Shown here: positions 35,064 through 43,828 of the stretch, piece by piece
How positions within the stretch are numbered: position 1 is the first letter of the stretch
Layout: the number at the start of each line of letters is the position of its first letter
Assembly (NCBI GenBank): GCA_036503335.1
Contig: DASXXC010000419.1
Location: 20,363 to 84,362 of the forward strand
Direction of reading: 5' to 3'
Origin: Thermoanaerobaculia bacterium
GTDB taxonomy: Bacteria > Acidobacteriota > Thermoanaerobaculia > Multivoradales > UBA5704
Length of the DNA stretch: 64,000 nt
Made by a program: the position numbers and the translations under genes
The notes under the pieces: model-generated
The model's input: only the letters and a program-made list of their open reading frames with translations
Databases searched by the model: none
Told to the model about the DNA's origin: nothing

Positions 35064-35999
35064 ATGCGAATCCTGGTAGCCCTGGGCGGGAACGCCCTGC
35101 TGCGGCGGGGCGAGGAGATGACCGCCGAGAATCAACGCAAGAACGTCCGCCTGGCGGCCGAGGCCCTGGCACCGCTGGTGGGCTTGGAGCATCAGCTCGT
35201 GATCACGCACGGCAACGGCCCGCAGGTCGGGCTGCTGGCCCTGCAGAGCGCCGCCTACAGCCAGGTCAGCCCCTATCCGCTCGACGTGCTGGGCGCGCAG
35301 ACCGAGGGGATGATCGGCTACATGATCGAGCAGGAGCTGGGCAACCTGCTGCCGTTCGAGCAGCCGTTCGCCACCATCCTCTCGATGGTCGAGGTCGATC
35401 CCGACGATCCGGCCTGGGAGCACCCCACGAAGCCGATCGGTCCCGTCTATACCGAGGAGGAGGCCCGGCGCCTGGCGGCGGAGAAGGGGTGGACCATGGC
35501 GCCGGACGGCGACGGCTTCCGGCGGGTGGTGCCGTCGCCGCAGCCGAAGCGGATCTTCCAGGTGCGGCCGGTCAAGTGGCTGCTGGAGAAGGGGTGCATC
35601 GTCATCTGCGCCGGCGGCGGCGGCATCCCCACCATGTACGCGCCCGGGCGCCAGCTCCACGGCGTCGACGCGGTGGTGGACAAGGACCGGGCGAGCACTC
35701 TCCTGGCCCGCGAGCTGGAGGTGGACCTCTTCATCATGGCCACCGACGCCGACGCCATCTATCTCGACTGGAGGAAGCCCACCCAGCGGGCGATCCGGCG
35801 GGCCTCCCCCCAGGCCCTGGCCGCCTACGATTTCGCCAGCGGCTCGATGGGCCCCAAGGTCGAGGCGGCGATCGAATTCGCCGAGCGCACCGGCAGGACG
35901 GCCGCCATCGGCTCGCTGGCCGACGTCGCCCGCATCGCCAAAGGCGAGGCGGGGACGCTGGTGACGAAGGAAGCCGAGGGGGTGGAGCTCTACCCCTGA
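35064..35999 (+). CDS. arcC: Carbamate kinase
   Basis: [20 protein letters not shown] and CAGGGGIP are the amino-acid-kinase / carbamate kinase signature. Confidence 0.9.
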   Translation: MRILVALGGNALLRRGEEMTAENQRKNVRLAAEALAPLVGLEHQLVITHGNGPQVGLLALQSAAYSQVSPYPLDVLGAQTEGMIGYMIEQELGNLLPFEQPFATILSMVEVDPDDPAWEHPTKPIGPVYTEEEARRLAAEKGWTMAPDGDGFRRVVPSPQPKRIFQVRPVKWLLEKGCIVICAGGGGIPTMYAPGRQLHGVDAVVDKDRASTLLARELEVDLFIMATDADAIYLDWRKPTQRAIRRASPQALAAYDFASGSMGPKVEAAIEFAERTGRTAAIGSLADVARIAKGEAGTLVTKEAEGVELYP

Positions 36000-36092
36000 C
36001 CGGGCTTCACTGGGGAGATCGGGGTCCTGGATCTGCCTGCCATCGTCGTGTCCTCCGTGGAGAGGGCCGCTGCAGGCTCCGGGCCAGCGCTC

Positions 36093-36632
36093 CTATTCCG
36101 GGGGCGCGCACACGACGCCCTGCTGCGTCGCGGCCTGCTGGAGAAGCTGCTGGCAGACGGCGGCCTCCTGGGGCGTGATCTGGAGAAACTGCGTGAGATT
36201 GGCGCTGCAGTAGGGAGGCGCCGCGGACTGGTTCACCAGGACGAAGGTCCCCTCGGGGGTGACCACGCTGGTCACCTGCGAAACGTTGTCGGCGACGCAC
36301 TGCTGCACCGTGACGCTGCCGGACACGATGCTGGCGAACAACGGGATCGCCGCGCCGCAGGGGCAGGTCACCGCGCACGGAGGGGCTTGGCCGCCGCTGT
36401 GCTTCATGAAATTGTCCAGAACCTTGGCGCAGGCGGTGGGAGAGGCCTGCGGCTGCGGGCTGTCGCAATCCATCGCCTCGCAGTAGGCGTTGCAGAGACC
36501 GAAGAGGACCCCGTCCAGGCTGTCACAGACCGTCTCTTCTGACGGAGGCTGGCCGTCCGGCGTTCCCAGCGCCAGCGAGGGGAGGGCGAGAGCAAGGAGG
36601 CCAAGGACGAAGATGAAAAGGTTTTTTTTCAT
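36093..36632 (-). CDS. Secreted Cys-rich hypothetical protein
   Basis: Signal peptide MKKNLFIFVLGLLALALPSLALG followed by many Cys residues. Confidence 0.6.
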   Translation of the reverse strand: MKKNLFIFVLGLLALALPSLALGTPDGQPPSEETVCDSLDGVLFGLCNAYCEAMDCDSPQPQASPTACAKVLDNFMKHSGGQAPPCAVTCPCGAAIPLFASIVSGSVTVQQCVADNVSQVTSVVTPEGTFVLVNQSAAPPYCSANLTQFLQITPQEAAVCQQLLQQAATQQGVVCAPPE

Positions 36633-36963
36633 GATCTCTTCCCTTCAATAGATGAAAACAGATTTGAAAGAAAACTGCAAAACTAACATCGGACCACGAC
36701 TACAGTCTCACTGTAGACGGGCTTGCGGGAACAAACAACGATGGTTGCTTTTTACGATAGGTCTATGTGCCGGATTTCGCGGGCTCTTCCGGATGATCGC
36801 TGGGCGGGCCGGAGTGGAGCGGCTCCCAGGCGGGGGGATCGCTGGCGGGGAAGCTCTCCTCGGAGGCCTCGTCGACAGGGTCGGGCGTCTCTTCGGGGGC
36901 GGGTGGGGCCGGGGTGTCGGGCATGGCGGGTATTGTAGCGCCCGCCATGCCGATCTCACTCTC

Positions 36964-38271
36964 CTACTCCTGGTAGACCTTCAGGTCGGTCGGGCGGAGC
37001 CCCTTGGAGATCATGTCGCGCCAGCGGGTCACGAAGGCGTTGAGATCGAGCCCCATGACCACGTCGCCGGGCGTGCCGCCGTGGACGATGGCGTCGAAGA
37101 GCCGCTGGTTGCCGTCCTTGTAAGTCTCCACGTCGATCAGCTGCATCTGCTTGCCGCGCGCCGCCTGCCATCTCTTCTCGAAGGCCGCGCGGTCGAGGGC
37201 CTGCCAGTACTCGTTCTGGGTCTCCTCATAGCGGAACGCGCCCGCGTAGAGGACGGTCGAGCTGGGCTTGTAGGTGGTGACGTCGATGAGCTGCAGCCCC
37301 TGGGTGTTCTTGAGCTCCTTCACCTTGGCGTCGAACTCCTTGCGGTTCTGGCCCACCCAGAGGGAGTGCTTCTCGCCGAGGTCGCGGAAGAGCCCGGTGA
37401 ACAGGATCTTGCCGCCGCTCGGGTAGATGGTGAGGTTGAACAGCCGCTTGCGGTTGCCGGTGCCCGTCTTCCAGTTCTTGAGGAAGGTGTCCCCGTCCTG
37501 GTTGGCCAGCATGAGGATCGGCTGCTGGCTGCTGTGGAAGATGCCGTTCCAGTAGACCTTCCCCCCCTGCTCGAAGGTGCTGACCTCGGCGAGCTGGAGC
37601 CCCCGGGTCCCGAGGTCGTCCACCCGCTTCTTGAAGGCGGTCCAGTCCAGGCCGACGACGACCGCCCGCCCGTCCGGCTCCGGGCTGAAGACGGCGAGGA
37701 CCTGCGGCGCCTGCGAAGCCGCCGGAGCGGCAGGGGCCACGGCGCCCTTCTTCCCCTTGGCCGGCTTGGCCGGCCTGGCGGGGGCCGCCGGCGGGGGCGG
37801 CGGGGTGGAGATCTCGAGGCTGTCGACGCTCATCCGCACCGTCACCGACCCCTGCGCGCGGCTGTTGATGTCGAGGGTGTACTCGCCGCCCGCGGGCACG
37901 TTGATGGTGGTGGTGTTGAGCTTCTCCCAACTGGTGCCGATCCAGCCCGTGTCCAGCCAGGCCGTGCAGCGGATGTCCGCCGGGAAGGTCTGGATGTCGA
38001 GGCCTTTGTTGATGTTGACGGAGTACTTGGTCTTCGCCTTGGAGCCGGCGAACATCTCGGCCTCCGGCTTGCCCTCCACGCCGCAGCTCAGCTTCCACGG
38101 GCAGGACCCCTTCTGCGGGCACTTCTGGACCAGCATGTCATTGAAGGTGGCCCGGCCCACGGCGGACGCCGGGGACGGGGAGGCCAGGAGGAGCGCTGCT
38201 CCGGCAAGCAAGCACAGCATCCAGCAGACCGGGGCCGGCAGGCGCAGCCCCTTCAACGCGTGAGCTCTCAT
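36964..38271 (-). CDS. Secreted protein with four tandem ~45-aa repeats (GLDW.AF.KR...GLQL.DV.T..)
   Basis: Signal peptide after MRAHALKGL, AAAGGAG Shine-Dalgarno before the ATG at 38271, a Pro-rich linker and internal sequence repeats. Confidence 0.7.
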   Translation of the reverse strand: MRAHALKGLRLPAPVCWMLCLLAGAALLLASPSPASAVGRATFNDMLVQKCPQKGSCPWKLSCGVEGKPEAEMFAGSKAKTKYSVNINKGLDIQTFPADIRCTAWLDTGWIGTSWEKLNTTTINVPAGGEYTLDINSRAQGSVTVRMSVDSLEISTPPPPPAAPARPAKPAKGKKGAVAPAAPAASQAPQVLAVFSPEPDGRAVVVGLDWTAFKKRVDDLGTRGLQLAEVSTFEQGGKVYWNGIFHSSQQPILMLANQDGDTFLKNWKTGTGNRKRLFNLTIYPSGGKILFTGLFRDLGEKHSLWVGQNRKEFDAKVKELKNTQGLQLIDVTTYKPSSTVLYAGAFRYEETQNEYWQALDRAAFEKRWQAARGKQMQLIDVETYKDGNQRLFDAIVHGGTPGDVVMGLDLNAFVTRWRDMISKGLRPTDLKVYQE

Positions 38272-38416
38272 GGACCGACTCCTTTCAACGAGGGGGAGTG
38301 AAGCGTGCTCATGGTAACCCGGGTCGCGTCTCCGCGGAACATGCTTTTTTATCGTGGGCTCAGGAATACGCAAAGGGGGCCCGCAGGCCCCCTCGTTTCA
38401 CGGCTGGGAAGGACGG

Positions 38417-38740
38417 TTACGGGCAAGTGGCCGTCCCGGTGTTGCAGTCGACCGTCCCGCCCACGTAATAGGTGGCGATCCGGCAGGGAATGGGGTCATC
38501 GAGGCACTTCGGCACGAAGTAGAAGTCGACGTCCATCATGCCCCCTCCCATGTCGATGACCTCCGTCTGCATCTTGTATAGCTTGGAGCCCTCGAAGGGC
38601 GCCATCTGGGTCTGGAAGCAGGGGGTGGAAAGGGCGATCTTGGCGGGCTGGCACTGGTTGGCCTGCGCGGTGGGCGCGGCGAGGATGAGGACGAACGCCG
38701 TCACGGCGATTACCATGGCGATCTTGAAGAGCTTTGACAT
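38417..38740 (-). CDS. Small secreted Cys-containing protein
   Basis: MSKLFKIAMVIAVTAFVLILAAPTAQA signal and a strong AAGGAGGTG Shine-Dalgarno. Confidence 0.55.
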   Translation of the reverse strand: MSKLFKIAMVIAVTAFVLILAAPTAQANQCQPAKIALSTPCFQTQMAPFEGSKLYKMQTEVIDMGGGMMDVDFYFVPKCLDDPIPCRIATYYVGGTVDCNTGTATCP

Positions 38741-38917
38741 GATGCACCTCCTTGGAGCGTGCTGCGTGGACAGCTCTACTGTAGAAAACGATGGAAGGCG
38801 CACCCACGCCCGGCCGGGTGGGCGGGCGCGCGTGCCGGGGGGGATTTCGGGGCTGTCCGGAAGGGTGGGGCGGCGGCCCGATCCGGGCCTGCTATCCTAC
38901 CCGCCGGAGACTGATGC

Positions 38918-40210
38918 ATGAGCGAGCTGATTCTGATCGTTGACGACGAGCCGGGGATCCTCTCCACGCTGGGAGGTATCCTGTCGGACGAGGGATATGC
39001 GACCCTGACCACTACCAGCGGCGAGAGCGCGCTGACTCTCTACGAGGAGAAGCGGCCCGCCGTGGTCTTCCTCGACATCTGGCTGGCCGACCGGGACGGC
39101 CTGGAGACCTTGCAGGCCCTGCGCGACGCCGATCCCACGGCCGCCGTGGTGATGATGTCCGGCCACGGCACCACCTCGACCGCCGTCAAGGCGATCAAGA
39201 TGGGGGCCTACGACTACCTGGAGAAGCCCCTCTCCTACAAGCGGGCGGTCGACGCCGCGGCCGGCGCCCTCGAATACAGGCGCACCCTCCAGGCCGGAGC
39301 GGCCCAGGCCGCCCCCGAGCGGCGGCGGGACCGCGGCGAGGCCGAGCGCCGGTTCGCCGCCGCCCCGGACCTCCCCCTCCTGGCCGAGACCGCGCGCAAT
39401 CAGCGGACCCTCCGCCATTCGACCGTGGTCTACGGCTTAGGTCTGCACTCGGGCCAGCGCACCGGCATGGTCCTCCAGCCGCTGTCCGAGAACAGCGGCA
39501 TCCACTTCGTGACCCTCCCCACCGGGGTCGAGATTCCGGCCCACGTGAGCGCCGTGGCCGAGACCGACTACGCCACCACGCTCTCGGGAGAAGGGGAGAG
39601 CATCAAGACGGTCGAGCACCTCCTCTCGGCCCTTCACGCCTATGGCGTGGGGAACCTGCTGATCAAGGTACACGGGGAGATTCCGGTCCTCGACGGCTCG
39701 GCCCTGGAATTCTGCAAGGTCCTGGAGGAGATCGGAGTGGCCGAGCAGGCCGAGCCGCAACGGGAGGTGGTCATCGACCGCCGCTACGAGGTGAAGGGGG
39801 CGGGCGAGAAGGTGCTGGCGATCGAGCCGGCGGACGAGTTTTCCGTCTCCTACCTCCTCCGCTATCCACCCCCTGTGGGCGAGCAGGCCTACGAATTCAC
39901 CCTCACCTCGCAGGAGGCCTACAAACGGGAGATCGCCCCGGCCCGCACCTTCGGCTTCATGAAGGACCTCAAGATGCTCAACGAGCTCGGCCTCGGCTCG
40001 GGCGGGCGCCTCGACAACTTCATCCTGGTGGGTGAGGACGACGTCATCAACACCGAGCTGCGTTTCCCGGACGAATTCGTCCGCCACAAGATCCTCGACA
40101 TCATCGGCGACCTCTACCTCCTCGGATACCCCATCCGCGGCAAGGTCACCGCCCGTCTCACCGGCCACCGCGACAACATCGCGCTGCTGCGGAAGATCGT
40201 CTCCGGGTAA
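38918..40210 (+). CDS. Response-regulator receiver domain fused to an LpxC-type (UDP-3-O-acyl-GlcNAc deacetylase fold) domain
   Basis: REC: ILIVDDEPGI...FLDIWLADRDGLE...MMSGHG. LpxC-like: RTLRHSTVVYGLGLHSGQRTGMVL, TVEHLLSALHAYGVGNL, ARTFGFMKDL and FVRHKILDIIGDLYLLG. Confidence 0.85.
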   Translation: MSELILIVDDEPGILSTLGGILSDEGYATLTTTSGESALTLYEEKRPAVVFLDIWLADRDGLETLQALRDADPTAAVVMMSGHGTTSTAVKAIKMGAYDYLEKPLSYKRAVDAAAGALEYRRTLQAGAAQAAPERRRDRGEAERRFAAAPDLPLLAETARNQRTLRHSTVVYGLGLHSGQRTGMVLQPLSENSGIHFVTLPTGVEIPAHVSAVAETDYATTLSGEGESIKTVEHLLSALHAYGVGNLLIKVHGEIPVLDGSALEFCKVLEEIGVAEQAEPQREVVIDRRYEVKGAGEKVLAIEPADEFSVSYLLRYPPPVGEQAYEFTLTSQEAYKREIAPARTFGFMKDLKMLNELGLGSGGRLDNFILVGEDDVINTELRFPDEFVRHKILDIIGDLYLLGYPIRGKVTARLTGHRDNIALLRKIVSG

Positions 40211-40288
40211 GCGGGCCACGGGCGTTCCGATCTGGGTTAAAGTTACCGCGCCCTTTCCGACGCAGAGAACGATCCTGGAGGAGTACGG

Positions 40289-42286
40289 ATGGACGCTCCT
40301 GATACGAAGTCCCTGCCCGAGAACGCCTATCGGACCCTCGCCCCTGGCGAGACCTACGCCCCGATCGTCCCCCCCGGGGCCCGCCAGGAGGAGGCGACCG
40401 TGCGCTCGGTCGGCTGGGGTCTCTTCCTGTGCGTCGTCTTCACCATCGCCTCGGCCTATTCGGGGCTCAAGGTCGGGCAGGTGATGGAGGCGTCGATCCC
40501 CATCTCCATTCTCGCCATCGGCCTCGCGCGGACTTTCCGGCGCCGCTCGACGCTGCTGGAGAACGTCATCCTCACCAACATCGGCGGCACCTCCGGCGGC
40601 ATCGTCGCGGGGGCGATCTTCACCCTGCCGGCCTTCTACATCCTCCAGCTCTCGCCGCACCCGCTGCAGACCACCTTCATCCTGATCGCCGGCGGCTGCC
40701 TGGGCGTCCTCTTCCTGATCCCCCTGCGGCGCTACTTCGTGCGCGAGACGCACGGCGAGTTCCCCTATCCGGAGGCAACGGCGATCACCGAGGTCCTGGT
40801 CACCGGCGAGAAGGGGGGCTCACAGGCCGCGCTCCTCCTCCAGGCGACGGGCATCGCGGCGGTCTACGACTTCTTCGTCACCACCTTCCAGGTCTGGCGC
40901 GAGACGATCGACTTCCAGTTCATCCCGGGGATGAAGGTGCTCGCCGACCGCGCCAAGCTCGTGCTCCGCTTCGACGCCATCTCGTTCATCCTGGGGCTCG
41001 GCTACGTGATGGGCCTGCGCTCGTCGGCGATCCTCTGCGCGGGCGGGGCCCTCGCGAACTTCGTGCTGGTGCCGCTGGTCTGGTACTTCGGCCGCGACAC
41101 CGCCCTCGCCGGCTATCTGAGCAAGCCGGTCACCCCCAACATGGACGCCGCGGCGATCTTCCGCAACTACGTCCGCTTCATCGGCGTGGGCGCGATCGCC
41201 ACCGCGGGTATCTTCGGCGTCCTCAAGTCCCTGCGCATCATCCAGGGCTCCTTCGCGATCGCGGCCAAGGCGTTCAAGCACGGCGAGGACAGGGCCCAAG
41301 AGCGCACCGACCGCGACATGCCGATCACCACCATCCTGATCGGCGTGATCCTCACCGCGGTCGTGGCGGGGGTCTTCTTCAACACCCTGGAGGGGACCCT
41401 GCTGGCGGCTCTGGTCGGCCTGCTGCTGACCCTGGTCTTCTCCTTCTTCTTCGCCTCGGTGGCGGCGAACGCCATCGCCACCACGGCCCGCAACCCGGTC
41501 TCGGGAATGACGATGCTGACCATCATCATCTCCTCGATCGTGATGCTGCGCTTCGGCCTCTCCGGGACCACCGGCATGTTCTTCGTGATGGCGGTCGCCG
41601 GCATGGTCTGCACGGCGCTCTCGGTCTCGGGGCAGGTGATCACCGACCTCAAGACCGGCTACTGGCTGGGCAATACGCCCGCGGTGCAGGAGCGGGTGAA
41701 GTTCCTGGGCATCCTGGCCTCGGCGGTTGCGGCGGCGCTGACCATCGTGCTGCTGGCGAAAACCTTTCAATTCGGCGAGGCGGCGCCGGGGGATGCCCGG
41801 GTAGTTCTGGCCTCCCCGCAGGCCTCGATCATGAAGGCGCTCGTCCAGGGGTTCATGAGCCAGCAGCCGATCCCGTACGCCCTCTTCGCCGTCGGCGCGG
41901 TGGTCGCCATCCTCGTCGAGCTGCTGGGGATTCCGCCGCTGATCTTCGCGCTCGGCATGTACCTCCCCCTGGAGCTGAACACGCCGGCGCTGGTGGGCGG
42001 CTTCCTCTCCCACTGGCTGAACCGCCGCTCCGAGACCATGGGCGGCGAGGAGGGGCGGAGCGTCCGCGAGCGGGGGGTGATCATCGCCTCGGGCCTGATG
42101 GCCGGCGGCGCGCTGGGCGGCGTCTTCGGAGCGGCCCTGCGCCTCTTCCCCTGGTACCGGGAGGATCTGATCAAGACCCCCTTCTTCGACATCGATTGGG
42201 TCTCGCAGATCGTCTCGGCCCTGCTCTTCGTGGCGCTCTGCGTCTATCTCTGGTACGGATCGCTGAGGCGGCGGCGGGCGGGATAA
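40289..42286 (+). CDS. OPT-family oligopeptide transporter
   Basis: 665 aa polytopic membrane protein with OPT-like blocks (NIGGTSGGIVAGAIFTLPAFY, MFFVMAVAGMV). Confidence 0.85.
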   Translation: MDAPDTKSLPENAYRTLAPGETYAPIVPPGARQEEATVRSVGWGLFLCVVFTIASAYSGLKVGQVMEASIPISILAIGLARTFRRRSTLLENVILTNIGGTSGGIVAGAIFTLPAFYILQLSPHPLQTTFILIAGGCLGVLFLIPLRRYFVRETHGEFPYPEATAITEVLVTGEKGGSQAALLLQATGIAAVYDFFVTTFQVWRETIDFQFIPGMKVLADRAKLVLRFDAISFILGLGYVMGLRSSAILCAGGALANFVLVPLVWYFGRDTALAGYLSKPVTPNMDAAAIFRNYVRFIGVGAIATAGIFGVLKSLRIIQGSFAIAAKAFKHGEDRAQERTDRDMPITTILIGVILTAVVAGVFFNTLEGTLLAALVGLLLTLVFSFFFASVAANAIATTARNPVSGMTMLTIIISSIVMLRFGLSGTTGMFFVMAVAGMVCTALSVSGQVITDLKTGYWLGNTPAVQERVKFLGILASAVAAALTIVLLAKTFQFGEAAPGDARVVLASPQASIMKALVQGFMSQQPIPYALFAVGAVVAILVELLGIPPLIFALGMYLPLELNTPALVGGFLSHWLNRRSETMGGEEGRSVRERGVIIASGLMAGGALGGVFGAALRLFPWYREDLIKTPFFDIDWVSQIVSALLFVALCVYLWYGSLRRRRAG

Positions 42287-42298
42287 CGTCTCAGCACG

Positions 42299-42325
42299 CC
42301 CTCCCCTCCTGGCGGGAGGGGAGGG
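42299..42325. terminator. Bidirectional hairpin terminator (ccctcccctcc-tggcg-ggaggggaggg)
   Basis: Perfect 11-bp GC-rich stem between the convergent OPT gene and the small peptide gene. Confidence 0.55.
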
Positions 42326-42343
42326 CAGGAGAGCGGCGGACTT

Positions 42344-42487
42344 TCAGCAATACTTGGTTCCGCAGGTGCAGCCGGTGAAACAACTGAGCGCGGTGTTACC
42401 TCCTGCCACGCCTTCGAGCTGAGTCTTTTCGAGGGCCTGCAGCGTCTCGCGGTTGAGGCTCAACTTGACGGTGTTCTGCTTCTTCAT
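42344..42487 (-). CDS. RiPP-type precursor peptide (47 aa): GG-motif leader plus Cys/Thr-rich core
   Basis: My manual translation gives MKKQNTVKLSLNRETLQALEKTQLEGVAGG|NTALSCFTGCTCGTKYC. AAGGAG Shine-Dalgarno sits 7 nt before the ATG. It falls below the ORF-track size cutoff. Confidence 0.6.
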   Translation of the reverse strand: MKKQNTVKLSLNRETLQALEKTQLEGVAGGNTALSCFTGCTCGTKYC

Positions 42488-42867
42488 GAGGAAACTCCTT
42501 TCGTGGCTCATCGTCTCCAGCCTATCTGGGGGACGATAAGGTTACCATACTAAAATTTAGATAACTTGAAAAGACTTGGCTCCAGCGTGCCCGTAATTTC
42601 CACCCCGCCCTACCGGAAATCCCGCCCCACCCGACGGAGCGGGGCGCGTTCTTTGCGCCCGCGCAATAATGAAACCGAGACCTCAGCTTTCCGGTTTCAT
42701 CCCGCCGTTCCCGGTCCTATCCCCGTGGCGATCGTCGCCCCGGGGCCTCCTCCGGAGCCGGGGGTGGCGGGGCCAAATCATCTCGTGGTGACGCGCGGTT
42801 GATTCCTGGAGCTCGACTGCCTACTCTTGTGCCTCGATCCGGTCTCGAAGAGGCCAAGGAGGAAGCG

Positions 42868-43035
42868 ATGAAGAGAGTCGGCAAGCTTACCCTCAACAAG
42901 GAAACCCTAGGCCAGATGGTCGCTCAGCAGGATTCGACCGTCATCGATCCCGTCAACGAGTCGTGCGTCCAGAGCTGCTACATCCAGTCCTGTGGCGGCG
43001 GCTGCACGATCTCGACGGGCTACACCTCGGACTAG
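42868..43035 (+). CDS. RiPP-type precursor peptide (55 aa) with a KLTLNKETL leader and a Cys-rich core
   Basis: MKRVGKLTLNKETLGQMVAQQDSTVIDPVNESCVQSCYIQSCGGGCTISTGYTSD. AGGAGG Shine-Dalgarno before the ATG. Divergent from the other precursor across an AT-rich promoter region. Confidence 0.55.
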   Translation: MKRVGKLTLNKETLGQMVAQQDSTVIDPVNESCVQSCYIQSCGGGCTISTGYTSD

Positions 43036-43347
43036 TACGCCGTCAACCTGAAATGGCGGGTGTTTGTAAGGGCGGCCCTGCGTGGCCGCCCTTACGGAAT
43101 GCGTCATTCCTAGTTGACGATTGACGGCCGCCGCAAATAGCGCTAAATTGAATTTTTGGAATCTTACGGCCTGACCGCCGTGAGAAACCTGAGCGCGGCT
43201 GCATCGCTCTTGCCGGTGCTGACCGTAAACCTCTGGGCCGGATCACTCGGCTCGTTCAGGTGTTCCGACCCTCCTCCCCGGGCAGGACGAGCTTCCTGCC
43301 ATGCCACGCGCCGGGCGCTCGGTGTGCTCGGCGCCAAGGAGAAACCC

Positions 43348-43743
43348 ATGAGCAATCCGGAAGGAAAGAGCGCGACGTACGCCGTCATCGGGTTCGTTCC
43401 CGATGAGGTCGCCCGGTCGATCGGAAAGCAGGGCTATGGCAAGGCGCTCGAGGTCCGCACCGAACGGGGGAAAGATCACGAGGTCATCCATATTCAGCCC
43501 GACCACATCGTGGGGGTCCTGCAGGGGGCCTCGCAAGAGGGGGAGACCGGCGTGCAGGTGATCCTCAAGGAGAACGCAACCGTCCAGACCATGTCTCGCG
43601 GCGTCTCCAGCGAGCTTCGCCTGCGGCCCATCACCGACCTGAGCACCATCATCCACAAGCCTCCGATCTTCGTCATCTATATCGATCCTCACGGTCCGCG
43701 GCTGCCGGATATTCTCAGAGAGCTCAACACCGCCCACCGGTAG
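43348..43743 (+). CDS. Hypothetical protein between the precursor peptide and the radical SAM gene
   Basis: AAGGAG Shine-Dalgarno, coding-like composition, no motif I recognise. Confidence 0.45.
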   Translation: MSNPEGKSATYAVIGFVPDEVARSIGKQGYGKALEVRTERGKDHEVIHIQPDHIVGVLQGASQEGETGVQVILKENATVQTMSRGVSSELRLRPITDLSTIIHKPPIFVIYIDPHGPRLPDILRELNTAHR

Positions 43744-43828
43744 CTTCCGGCTCGCCGCGCCGCTTCGCCGTCGTGCCGGGCGGTCGCCGACCGTCCGGCA
43801 AGTCCTTCATCCGAGGGAGGAGCCTGCC

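Noticed and set aside
36763-36948. 61-aa acidic/Pro-rich minus-strand ORF
   Set aside because: It could be a small disordered protein, but it has no RBS I could see and sits in a promoter region. Evidence is insufficient.
36652-38301. 549-aa plus-strand ORF
   Set aside because: Antisense to the secreted repeat-protein gene. Low-complexity G/R-rich product.
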